Part shown: positions 7,804 to 16,108 of the stretch, in pieces
Position numbering within the stretch: position 1 is the stretch's first letter
Layout: every line of letters begins with the position of its first letter
Assembly: GCA_021163745.1 (NCBI GenBank)
Contig: JAGGTM010000058.1
Coordinates: forward strand, 1-37,410
Reading direction: 5' to 3'
From: a bacterium
Lineage (GTDB): Bacteria > Patescibacteriota > Minisyncoccia > Portnoybacterales > JAGGTM01
Length of the DNA stretch: 37,410 nucleotides
The notes under the pieces: generated by a model
What the model was told of the DNA's origin: nothing
What the model saw: the letters and a program-made list of their open reading frames with translations, nothing else
Database searches by the model: none
Made by a program: the position numbers and the translations under genes

Positions 7804-7812
7804 GTTCTTATT

Positions 7813-7857
7813 CCGCGGCTTAATTCTATGCCAGGACTTTACAGTCGTGGGGCGGGG
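7813..7857 (+). repeat. Gene-end hairpin family, copy B (5' arm degenerate)
   Basis: CCGCGGCTTAATTCT...GTCGTGGGGCGGGGTAAATTA lies 10 nt after the stop of the DksA-like gene. It shares motifs with copy A on both sides. Confidence 0.4.
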
Positions 7858-7901
7858 TAAATTAAATTATTTCTTATTGTTTTGGTTATGCAAATTTTAT
7901 T

Positions 7902-8345
7902 ATGCCAATTGAGAAATCTGCGGGAGCGGTTTTATTTGTAAGGGAAAATAAAAAAATAAAGTATCTTCTTTTAAAGCACTCATTGGGACATTGGGATTTC
8001 CCAAAGGGAAATATTGAAAAAGGAGAAAAAATAGAAGATACAGTAAAAAGAGAAATAAAAGAAGAAACAGGGATAAGCAGAATTGTATTTATCTCTGATT
8101 TTAAGCATTGGATTAAATATTTTTACAGATTAAAAGGAAAAACTGTATTTAAAATTGTTACTTTTTTGTTGGCTGAAGCAAAAACAAAAAAAGTGAAATT
8201 ATCTTTTGAACACGTTGGGTACAAATGGTTGGATTTTAATAAGGCAATGAAACTTTTAAAGTTTAGAAATAGCAAAGAGATTCTTAAGATGGCTAACGAA
8301 TTTTTAAATAAAAGAAAGAAAAAATCCAAAAATGGAGATTCTTAA
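7902..8345 (+). CDS. NUDIX hydrolase
   Basis: Nudix box GNIEKGEKIEDTVKREIKEETGI (G-x5-E-x7-REUxEExGU). Confidence 0.85.
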   Translation: MPIEKSAGAVLFVRENKKIKYLLLKHSLGHWDFPKGNIEKGEKIEDTVKREIKEETGISRIVFISDFKHWIKYFYRLKGKTVFKIVTFLLAEAKTKKVKLSFEHVGYKWLDFNKAMKLLKFRNSKEILKMANEFLNKRKKKSKNGDS

Positions 8346-8967
8346 AGTTAATTTTTCAAATCCAGATATAAACAGCATAGAAAAGGCGGTGAGGGTAATA
8401 AGGTTAGGTGGCGCAGTAGTTTATCCTACGGATACTATTTATGGGTTAGGAGTAGACGCATTAAGGGTTTCTTCTGTAGAAAGATTATTTAGAATAAAAA
8501 AGAGACCGCTAAATAAACCAGTTCCGGTAATGGTAAAAGATATAGATATGGCAAAAGAGATTGCTTTTATAGATGATAAAATAGAAAGAATATTAAAAAA
8601 AATCTGGCCAGGACCAATAACCGTCGTTTTGAGAAAAAGATCAATTGTCCCCACAACTTTAACCGCAGGCAGAAATAATATTGGCCTGCGTATTCCGGAT
8701 TGTTTAATTTGTAAAAAAATAATGGAAATTTTAGATGCTCCTATTACCTGTACTTCTGCTAATATTTCCGGAGAAAATCCTTCTGTTTGCGTAAAAGACG
8801 TAATAGAAGCATTTAAAAATTATCCCAGACCAGATTTAATTTTAGATGCAGGATGTGTAAAACATAAAGCGCCTTCTACAGTATTAGATTTGACCGGGAC
8901 AAAGCCAAAATTTTTAAGAATAGGACCAGTAAGCAAACAAGATCTTTTAAAAATTTTAGGAATTTAA
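8332..8967 (+). CDS. tsaC: L-threonylcarbamoyladenylate synthase (TsaC/YrdC/Sua5 family)
   Basis: VVYPTDTIYGLGVDA, RIKKRPLNKPVPVMV and TSANISG motifs. Length fits the single-domain YrdC type. Confidence 0.85.
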   Translation: MEILKVNFSNPDINSIEKAVRVIRLGGAVVYPTDTIYGLGVDALRVSSVERLFRIKKRPLNKPVPVMVKDIDMAKEIAFIDDKIERILKKIWPGPITVVLRKRSIVPTTLTAGRNNIGLRIPDCLICKKIMEILDAPITCTSANISGENPSVCVKDVIEAFKNYPRPDLILDAGCVKHKAPSTVLDLTGTKPKFLRIGPVSKQDLLKILGI

Positions 8968-8989
8968 GTTAAGTATTTGTCTGCGAGTG

Positions 8990-9026
8990 CCCCGCCTAAG
9001 TTTTGCGTAGCAAAATTTAGGCGGGG
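8990..9026. terminator. 17-bp GC-rich palindrome between the convergent tsaC and tRNA-Leu genes; member of the CCCGCC...GGCGGG palindrome family
   Basis: CCCCGCCTAAGTTTTGC-gta-GCAAAATTTAGGCGGGG. Its first 14 nt, CCCGCCTAAGTTTT, are identical to 19195-19208. Confidence 0.6.
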
Positions 9027-9088
9027 TAGCCTTTTCTTGATATTTTTCTTTGCAGAGGAGAGAAGGAGCAGAGAAGAAAAGAAGCTAG

Positions 9089-9113
9089 TTGTCAACTGTC
9101 AATTGTCAACTGC
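9089..9113. repeat. Three tandem TGTCAA units (TTGACA on the minus strand), just 3' of tRNA-Leu
   Basis: TTGTCAACTGTCAATTGTCAACTG. A purine-rich tract, GCAGAGGAGAGAAGGAGCAGAGAAGAAAAGAAGC (9052-9085), lies next to it on the + strand. Confidence 0.4.
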
Positions 9114-9121
9114 CATTCTTG

Positions 9122-9205
9122 TGCCGGTGGTGGGATTCGAACCCACATCCCAAAAAAGGGACACGATTTTGAGTCGTGCGCGTATTCCAGTTCCGCCACA
9201 CCGGC
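9122..9205 (-). tRNA. tRNA-Leu (anticodon CAA), CCA not encoded
   Basis: Manual cloverleaf: acceptor GCCGGTG/CACCGGC plus discriminator A. D arm GCG-GAACTGGAATA-CGC. Anticodon arm CACGA-CTCAAAA-TCGTG. Long variable arm TCCCTTTTTTGGGAT. T arm GTGGG-TTCGAAT-CCCAC. Confidence 0.9.
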
Positions 9206-9331
9206 TTATTCTTATTTTTTTATAAAACTCTAAAATTGTCAAATTTTAGACAGATTTCTAAACGGAAATCAAATAATTCTCTGTATTCTTAGAGAGATTA
9301 AGAATATAGAGGAGATATAATATTTTAAATT

Positions 9332-10681
9332 ATGCGTTACAGAGTTCTTATTTTGTTAAATTTATTTATTCTGTTTTGTTCTATTCCGTTGATTTCTAAG
9401 GCAGACGGAGGCATTTTTCCGCCTCCATATTATTGGATACACGAAACCGGGCAGAGAGCGGTAATTTTTTATGAAAATGGAGTTGAAACATTGGTTTTAA
9501 CCACTGACTTTAGGGGAAGGGCAAGCGAATTTGGCTGGGTTATTCCTACCCCCAGCAAACCTGAGGTTACAAAAGGATCGGATGAGATTTTCACTTCTTT
9601 AAATGAGATTATCAGAAAAACGAGCAAAAAACCACGCTCTTTATTATTTGAAGCTTATCCATCAAAGGAAGAGTTCGGTAAAGAGGTTGTAGTAATAGAA
9701 ACTAAAAAAATTGATTATTATGACATCGCTGTTTTATCTGCACAAAACCCTCATGCACTGGTTAACTGGCTTAACGAAAACGGATATGTTTACCCAGAAG
9801 AGGAATCTTATATCTTAAATGATTATATTGACAATAATTGGTATTTTACCGCAGTAAAAATTTCAAAAGAAGCGCAGAGTTCTCAAAACGTAAAAGAAGA
9901 ATTGAGAGAGGGGCATATGAATCCAATTAAACTGGTATTTAGGTCTTCTTCAATTATTTATCCTTTGCGTATTTCTTCTATAGGGGAAAGATACCGAACT
10001 CCTCGAGTAATGCCGATACCTGAAGACAAGGATTCAGAGAAAGAAGCAGAATTTCAAGGGAAGCATAAAGTTTATCCAAGACAATTTTCTATTCCTATTC
10101 ATCTCTATATTATCGCAGACCATAAAAAGGAGATTCCTGGATTTACTATAAAATACGGGAACCGAATAAGTAAAAAAGTTATTAGAAATCTTGCTTATGA
10201 TACTAACGGGAATCCGTTAATTAATCCGTCTAAGAGTTCATACTATTTAACTTATCTTCATAGATATATGGATTTTTCAGATATGACTTATGATTTGATT
10301 GTTCGTGATGCGGCCGATAATAAAAGAGTAAATGCGGAAAACCCACTGGTGAGTTTATTTTACGGGATTATTATAGTAATCGGTTTAATATTTGTATGGC
10401 TGTTTTCTCCATTGGGGATAATGTTTGTTTTAGGGCTTATTATAGATATTGGAATAAAAGCAAAAGCAGGAAAAATTATTGCCAAAGTGCTTCAATTTTT
10501 TGCTATGGGTATTACTTTGTTATTGGAAATTATTTATCTTGTATGGATTTTTATGCTTAGTTCAAAAGAAGTTTCTGTTTTTTCTAAGTCCATTGCCATT
10601 GGCTTGGGCATAGTTATTTTAATTAGTATAATTGTTTATATTATTCAAAAAAGACATTTAAAAGATATTAAATTGGGATAG
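9332..10681 (+). CDS. Secreted/membrane protein, DUF2330-like N-terminal domain with a C-terminal bundle of TM helices
   Basis: Signal peptide, then DGGIFPPP...QRAVIFYENGVETLVLTTDFRG...FGWVIPTPSKPEV, which resembles the DUF2330 pattern as I remember it. The C-terminal roughly 100 aa form 3-4 hydrophobic helices. Confidence 0.5.
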   Translation: MRYRVLILLNLFILFCSIPLISKADGGIFPPPYYWIHETGQRAVIFYENGVETLVLTTDFRGRASEFGWVIPTPSKPEVTKGSDEIFTSLNEIIRKTSKKPRSLLFEAYPSKEEFGKEVVVIETKKIDYYDIAVLSAQNPHALVNWLNENGYVYPEEESYILNDYIDNNWYFTAVKISKEAQSSQNVKEELREGHMNPIKLVFRSSSIIYPLRISSIGERYRTPRVMPIPEDKDSEKEAEFQGKHKVYPRQFSIPIHLYIIADHKKEIPGFTIKYGNRISKKVIRNLAYDTNGNPLINPSKSSYYLTYLHRYMDFSDMTYDLIVRDAADNKRVNAENPLVSLFYGIIIVIGLIFVWLFSPLGIMFVLGLIIDIGIKAKAGKIIAKVLQFFAMGITLLLEIIYLVWIFMLSSKEVSVFSKSIAIGLGIVILISIIVYIIQKRHLKDIKLG

Positions 10682-10685
10682 TCAA

Positions 10686-12221
10686 ATGGGCTTCAAAATT
10701 TACTCTGCAGCAGTAATAGGGCTTGAGGGAATGCCTGTGGAAGTAGAGATAGATTTAAGAAAGGGGCTTTATAATTTTTCTATTGTGGGATTACCCGATA
10801 AGGCCATAGAGGAGTCAAGGGAGAGAGTTTGTTCCGCAATTAAGAATTGCGGATTTATTCCTCCTTATCGTTCTAAAAGAAGGATAATCATCAATTTAGC
10901 CCCTGCGGATTTGAAGAAGGAGGGCCCTTCTTATGATCTTCCCATTGCTATAAGCTTTCTTTTGACTTCTGGTCAGGTTATTTCAAACCAAAAGCTGGAA
11001 GATAAGATATTCATTGGCGAGCTTTCTTTGAGAGGAGAAGTGAGAAAGATTAGGGGGATTCTTCCAATTGCTTTGATGGCTAAAGAAAGGGGATTTACTG
11101 TCATATTTGTCCCGGAGGAAAATGCTTCTGAGGCAGGATTGGTAGATGGAATAAAGGTTATTCCAGTTAAACATTTAAAACAGTTGACTTATTATCTGGC
11201 CGGAGAAATTGACATTCCTCCGAGAAAATCCAGTTACTTAAATTTCTATACAAGAAATACAAGAAATGAAAATTTTATAGATATGGCTTATATCAAAGGA
11301 CAGGAAAGTGCAAAAAGGGGTTTAGAAATTGCTGCCGCTGGGGCCCATAATGTTTTAATGACAGGCCCTCCCGGCGCGGGCAAAACTCTTTTAGCAAAGT
11401 CAATCCCTTCAATTTTACCTTCTTTGGATAAAAATCAGATTTTAGAAGTGAGTAGAATCTATAGCGTTTCGGGGTTGCTTTCTAAAAATCGTCCCTTAAT
11501 AGTTTTTCCTCCGTTTCGTTCCCCTCACCATACTTCTTCCGCGGTTTCTTTAATAGGGGGAGGCACTTATCCTAAGCCCGGAGAAATTACTTTATCACAT
11601 AGAGGAGTGTTATTCCTCGATGAGTTTCCCGAGTTTAATAGACAGGTGTTAGAAGCATTACGCCAACCATTGGAAGATGGATATGTTACAGTTTCTAGAG
11701 TGGCGGGAAGCGTTACTTTTCCAGCTAAATTTATGTTGGTAGCGGCAATGAATCCTTGTCCTTGCGGGAATCTTAACAATCCGTTTAAAAGATGTACCTG
11801 TACTCAGTCGGAGATTTCCAGATACAAAAGAAAGATTTCTTCTCCTATTTTAGACAGAATTGATGTTTACATAGAAGTACCTCCAGTAAAATATGAAAGC
11901 TTGTGCTCGGAGAAGGTTGCCGAAGAGTCAAAAAGCATAAAAGAAAGGGTAAAATATGCGTTGGAATTGCAGAAAAAAAGGTTTAAAGATGAAAATATTT
12001 TGACTAATTCAGAGATGGATATAAGACAGATAAAGAAATATTGCAAAATCACAAATAAAGGACAGGAGATTTTAAAAGATGCGGTAAATGCAATGCATTT
12101 ATCCGCAAGAGGATTTTATAAAGTAATTAAGGTGGCACGAACAATTGCTGATTTATCTCATTCTGATATTATAAAATCTTCTCATATAGGAGAAGCGTTA
12201 TCTTATAAAACAAAGGAATAA
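10686..12221 (+). CDS. comM: YifB/ComM-family Mg-chelatase-like AAA+ ATPase
   Basis: N-terminal Lon-protease-like domain. Walker A GPPGAGKTLLA. Walker B GVLFLDEFPEF. MNPCPCG zinc motif. Length about 510 aa. Confidence 0.9.
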   Translation: MGFKIYSAAVIGLEGMPVEVEIDLRKGLYNFSIVGLPDKAIEESRERVCSAIKNCGFIPPYRSKRRIIINLAPADLKKEGPSYDLPIAISFLLTSGQVISNQKLEDKIFIGELSLRGEVRKIRGILPIALMAKERGFTVIFVPEENASEAGLVDGIKVIPVKHLKQLTYYLAGEIDIPPRKSSYLNFYTRNTRNENFIDMAYIKGQESAKRGLEIAAAGAHNVLMTGPPGAGKTLLAKSIPSILPSLDKNQILEVSRIYSVSGLLSKNRPLIVFPPFRSPHHTSSAVSLIGGGTYPKPGEITLSHRGVLFLDEFPEFNRQVLEALRQPLEDGYVTVSRVAGSVTFPAKFMLVAAMNPCPCGNLNNPFKRCTCTQSEISRYKRKISSPILDRIDVYIEVPPVKYESLCSEKVAEESKSIKERVKYALELQKKRFKDENILTNSEMDIRQIKKYCKITNKGQEILKDAVNAMHLSARGFYKVIKVARTIADLSHSDIIKSSHIGEALSYKTKE

Positions 12222-12243
12222 TTTGAAAAAATATATTTTAAGA

Positions 12244-13314
12244 TCAGTAAATCATCCCTCTTATATTTCCGCTTCCATGATTTATCCATCTTACACTCAC
12301 TTTACCCCATCCAATTCTGTTCATTTCCGATACCAAGAATCTGTTTTTTTCAACCTTTTCTATATAAGCCACATGGCCATATCTTCTGGCTAACCATCCC
12401 CCGTCTCTTAATACCACGATTGCTCCTGGTTTCGGTTTACAATAGGAACCGAAACAAACAGAGTATCCGTATAGTTTGGCATTTTTGATCCAGTCCTTAG
12501 CATTTCCTCCCCAAGGGACCACTCTTTTTTGTGCTACATACCAAGTGCATTGGCCATATGGAAAACGATGGCTCTTTCCTGTAGATTTATTATTTTTGCT
12601 ATTGTAGTAAATAGCATAAGTTCTCTTTGGTTTCGGTTTTGGCTGTATTATTCCGCCGGGAACAATTATTTCTTGCCCAATTCCAATTTTTCCATCCAAC
12701 GGCAAAGAGTTGAAGGAAATAATTTCATTGGTATCTGCTTTATATTTTTTTGCAATTGAACTTACTGTTTCTCCGCTTCTAACCCTGTGTAGAATTCCGT
12801 TTACAGGAAGGATAATAAGTTCATCTCCCGGCCTGATTACGCTGTTTAAGCTTAGTTTATTTGCCCAGATTAGCGTATAAACATTTATTCCAAAATTTGC
12901 AGCAATATCTGACAAAGTGTCTCCTTTTTTTACGGTATAATTTATTATTTCTTTTCTCTGGTATTGCGAGAGAGTTATTGGTGGTTTATATGGAATTATG
13001 CTGTTGTCTAATTCTGGTATATTTATTTCTATTGCCTCAAGGCTATTCTCATTATTTTTAGAACCGACGGCAAGTATATTTGCAGAATAGTTGGGGTATG
13101 GACCTACAAAACTTATATTTCTATTTTCTCTCCCAGGTTTAATTTGCTTTATATACTGTTTTTCTATAATTGTGTCTTTGGCAGAAATTTTGCTTAGATT
13201 AGAGTATACCAGAGATATACATAGTTTTAGCAATACAGAAAATATTCCAATAAAAACAACTGCTCCTATCAGCAGTTTTAGTTTAAAGATATTTAGTTTT
13301 TTTATGCTTTCCAT
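12244..13314 (-). CDS. Cell-wall hydrolase with an N-terminal membrane anchor, two LysM repeats and a C-terminal CHAP domain
   Basis: LysM repeats YTVKKGDTLSDIAANFGINVYTLIWANKL and HRVRSGETVSSIAKKYKADTNEIISFNSL. CHAP-like FPYGQCTWYVAQKR...GHVAYIEKV. Confidence 0.85.
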   Translation of the reverse strand: MESIKKLNIFKLKLLIGAVVFIGIFSVLLKLCISLVYSNLSKISAKDTIIEKQYIKQIKPGRENRNISFVGPYPNYSANILAVGSKNNENSLEAIEINIPELDNSIIPYKPPITLSQYQRKEIINYTVKKGDTLSDIAANFGINVYTLIWANKLSLNSVIRPGDELIILPVNGILHRVRSGETVSSIAKKYKADTNEIISFNSLPLDGKIGIGQEIIVPGGIIQPKPKPKRTYAIYYNSKNNKSTGKSHRFPYGQCTWYVAQKRVVPWGGNAKDWIKNAKLYGYSVCFGSYCKPKPGAIVVLRDGGWLARRYGHVAYIEKVEKNRFLVSEMNRIGWGKVSVRWINHGSGNIRGMIY

Positions 13315-13329
13315 GAAAACTCATTATTA

Positions 13330-13357
13330 AGTATATTCTGTTAAAAATTTGTGTCAA
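13330..13357 (-). promoter_or_regulatory. Promoter candidate TTGACA-16-TATACT for the LysM/CHAP gene
   Basis: Reverse complement of TGTCAA (13352-13357) and AGTATA (13330-13335). ATG at 13314. Confidence 0.45.
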
Positions 13358-13561
13358 GGGTGGGACTCGTTGGGTACATAGGGTGCGGTTAGTTTTGCTA
13401 TAAAATAACATAATCCTTGCCAAAAATGAAATAAAATTAGACACATTTTGAGAATAGTTTTTAGAAAAAGATAAATCTGTTGTTCTTTTAAGCATAGAAA
13501 TTCTAACTTTTAGATAAATATTGAAGCGTATAATATATAGGGTTAAAATGGGAAATATACC

Positions 13562-15361
13562 ATGTGTGGAATTATCGGATATATAGGAGACAAAAACGCA
13601 GTGCCTATTTTAATTGAAGGGCTGAAAAAACTTGAATACAGAGGTTATGACTCCTGTGGAATTTGTGTGGTAAAAAACGGGAAATTAGTTATTCTCAAAG
13701 AAAGAGGGAAAATATCCGAGCTTGAAGAAAAGAAAGAATTGAGAAATATGAAAGGGAATATCGGGATCGGACATACACGCTGGGCAACCCATGGCCAGCC
13801 TTCTAAGACTAATGCTCACCCACATTTAGATTGTAAAAGAGAGATTGCTATAGTACACAATGGGATAATTGAGAATTATCAAAGTTTAAAGAAGATGTTA
13901 GAGGGCGAGGGCCATAAAATAATTTCCGAAACCGATTCAGAGATTATTGTTCATTTGATAGAGAAGTTTTATTCCCAAGACTTAAGAGAAGCAGTGGTTA
14001 AAGCTATAAAACTTGTCGAAGGTGCTTTTGGGCTGGTAATTATTTGCAAAAATGAAGAAAAATTAATTGCCGCAAGAAAGGGTTCTCCTTTGGTAATTGG
14101 TATTGGCAAAAACGGAATGTTTATTGCCTCAGATGTACCAGCAATTTTGAAATATACCAGAAAAGTAATTTATTTAAAAGATAATGAGGTTGCGGAAATA
14201 GAAAAAAATAGTTATTTGGTTAAAAAATTAGACGGGAAAGAAATTGATAAAAAAATTCATAGAATAAAATGGAGTATAAATCAAATTGAGAAGGGAAATT
14301 TTAAACATTTTACTTTAAAAGAGATATTTGAACAACCAGAAGCAATAAAAAATACTTTGCGCGGAAGATTGAAAAATGGGAAAATAAAGCTTAGTTTGAA
14401 ATTAGATATAAATTCAATAAAAAGAATTATTATTACTGCCTGTGGCACAAGTTGGCACGCTGGTTTAATCGGAAAATGCCTCATTGAGAAAATCACTAGA
14501 ATTCCGGTTGAGGTTGATTATGCCTCAGAATTTAGATACAGAAATCCAATAATTAATGGAAATGATTTAGTGATAGTTATTTCTCAGTCCGGAGAAACCG
14601 CTGATACCTTGGCGGCACTTCAAGAAGCAAAGTTTAAAAGAGCGAAAACTTTAGGAATAGTTAATGTAGTGGGCTCAACAATAAGTAGAGAAGTAGATTC
14701 TGGAATTTATCTTCATTCCGGTCCCGAAATTGGAGTTGCAAGCACAAAGGCGTTTACTTCCCAGATTGTCGCTCTTTTGCTTTTTGCTTTATTTTTGAAC
14801 CAAGAAAGGAATATAAAGTTAGACAAAGAGATTTTAAAAGAATTAGAATTTCTTCCTTTAAAAATCAAAAGAATTCTTAAAAAATCAGATGAGGTAAGAG
14901 AAATAGCAGAGAAATTTAAAGATAGTGAAAATTTTCTTTATTTGGGCAGAGGAATAAATTTCCCTGTTGCTTTGGAAGGGGCTTTAAAGCTCAAGGAACT
15001 TTCTTATGTTTCTGCTCAGGGTTATCCGGCCGGGGAAATGAAGCACGGTCCAATTGCTTTGGTTGATAAAAACATAACTGTAATTTTTGTTGCACCCAAA
15101 GATAGAACTTTTAAAAAGATATTGAATAATATGGAAGAAGTAAAAACAAGAAAAGGAAAAATTATTGCAGTTACCGACAAAAAGGATGAAAAATTGAATA
15201 AATTAACCGATGCCTTAATTCGGGTTCCTAGAACAAAAGAAGAAATTTCCCCAATATTAAATGTAATTCCACTTCAGCTTTTTGCCTATTATGTTGCTGA
15301 CTTGAAAAAAATTGATGTTGACAAACCCAGGAATTTGGCGAAATCGGTAACGGTTGAGTGA
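13562..15361 (+). CDS. glmS: Glutamine--fructose-6-phosphate aminotransferase
   Basis: Starts MCGIIGY (Ntn amidotransferase). Two SIS domains (SQSGETADT). C-terminal VTVE. Confidence 0.95.
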   Translation: MCGIIGYIGDKNAVPILIEGLKKLEYRGYDSCGICVVKNGKLVILKERGKISELEEKKELRNMKGNIGIGHTRWATHGQPSKTNAHPHLDCKREIAIVHNGIIENYQSLKKMLEGEGHKIISETDSEIIVHLIEKFYSQDLREAVVKAIKLVEGAFGLVIICKNEEKLIAARKGSPLVIGIGKNGMFIASDVPAILKYTRKVIYLKDNEVAEIEKNSYLVKKLDGKEIDKKIHRIKWSINQIEKGNFKHFTLKEIFEQPEAIKNTLRGRLKNGKIKLSLKLDINSIKRIIITACGTSWHAGLIGKCLIEKITRIPVEVDYASEFRYRNPIINGNDLVIVISQSGETADTLAALQEAKFKRAKTLGIVNVVGSTISREVDSGIYLHSGPEIGVASTKAFTSQIVALLLFALFLNQERNIKLDKEILKELEFLPLKIKRILKKSDEVREIAEKFKDSENFLYLGRGINFPVALEGALKLKELSYVSAQGYPAGEMKHGPIALVDKNITVIFVAPKDRTFKKILNNMEEVKTRKGKIIAVTDKKDEKLNKLTDALIRVPRTKEEISPILNVIPLQLFAYYVADLKKIDVDKPRNLAKSVTVE

Positions 15362-15428
15362 AGTATTTTAATGACTTCTTCGACTTTTGCGATTTGAATA
15401 TTTTTTGAATATCAGATAGAATATATAT

Positions 15429-15671
15429 ATGTTTGATAAGTTAAAACAGATAAAACAACTAAAAGAACTTCAGAATAAATTGAGCAAGGAGGAAATTATA
15501 GCAGAGAAAGATGGAGTAAAGATTATTATTAACGGAAAAATGGAAGTAAAGAAAGTACAGCTGAATCCGAGTTTAAGTTTTGAGAAACAGGAAGAATTAA
15601 TCCGTGATTGCTTTAATAATGCAGTAAAAGAACTCCAAATGTCAATTACCAAGGAAATGTTTTTTAGATAA
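15429..15671 (+). CDS. ybaB: YbaB/EbfC-family nucleoid-associated protein
   Basis: 80 aa. Leading KQLKELQNKL helix followed by GVKIIINGKMEVKKVQLNPSL, typical of YbaB/EbfC. Confidence 0.75.
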   Translation: MFDKLKQIKQLKELQNKLSKEEIIAEKDGVKIIINGKMEVKKVQLNPSLSFEKQEELIRDCFNNAVKELQMSITKEMFFR

Positions 15672-15707
15672 GAGTTTCATTTTCTTGTCTGAGAATGAGA
15701 TAGGTTT

Positions 15708-15929
15708 ATGTTGATTAAAGTTAAAGTTTTTCCAAATTCCAAGAAAGAGGAGATTATTAAAAAATCAGAAGATAGTTTTGAAATCAAAATAAAAGAAAAA
15801 CCGGTTGGAGGAAGGGCAAATCGAGCAGTATGTATGTGTTTGTCTGATTATTTCAAAATTCCGGAAAACAGAATTAGGTTAATAAAAGGATTTAGACAGA
15901 GGAATAAAATTTTTGAAGTTAAAATTTAG
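15708..15929 (+). CDS. DUF167 (YggU-like) protein
   Basis: 73 aa. The pattern IKVKVFPNSKK...I.IKEKPVGGRANRAV...L matches DUF167. Confidence 0.7.
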   Translation: MLIKVKVFPNSKKEEIIKKSEDSFEIKIKEKPVGGRANRAVCMCLSDYFKIPENRIRLIKGFRQRNKIFEVKI

Positions 15930-15974
15930 GTAGTTTCTGGGAAAATTGCCCAGAAAATTAAGCAAGAACTAAAG

Positions 15975-16011
15975 GGCTGTTTTTGTTTCAATAAGACGGC
16001 TTTTTAATTTT
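15975..16011 (+). terminator. Terminator candidate
   Basis: GGCTGT...ACGGCT stem (one G-U pair) followed by TTTTTAATTTT. Same 14-mer GGCTTTTTAATTTT as at 7365-7378. Confidence 0.45.
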
Positions 16012-16073
16012 GAGCAATTGGTTTAAGGAAATTTATAATCTTTTTTATTGATTTTATCATAAATGACGGGCAA

Positions 16074-16102
16074 TTGAGTGATTGTATTAACTGTGATATA
16101 GT
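16074..16102 (+). promoter_or_regulatory. Promoter candidate TTGAGT-17-TATAGT, with the -10 box ending 6 nt before the uvrD ATG (leaderless)
   Basis: TTGAGT at 16074-16079, TATAGT at 16097-16102, ATG at 16109. Confidence 0.5.
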
Positions 16103-16108
16103 CAAGGT

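Noticed and set aside
13315-13561. glmS ribozyme upstream of glmS
   Set aside because: The region is mostly AT-rich, is largely accounted for by a minus-strand promoter candidate for the LysM/CHAP gene and a TATAAT-type -10 box upstream of glmS, and lacks a recognisable conserved glmS ribozyme core. Only a cmsearch could exclude a divergent form.
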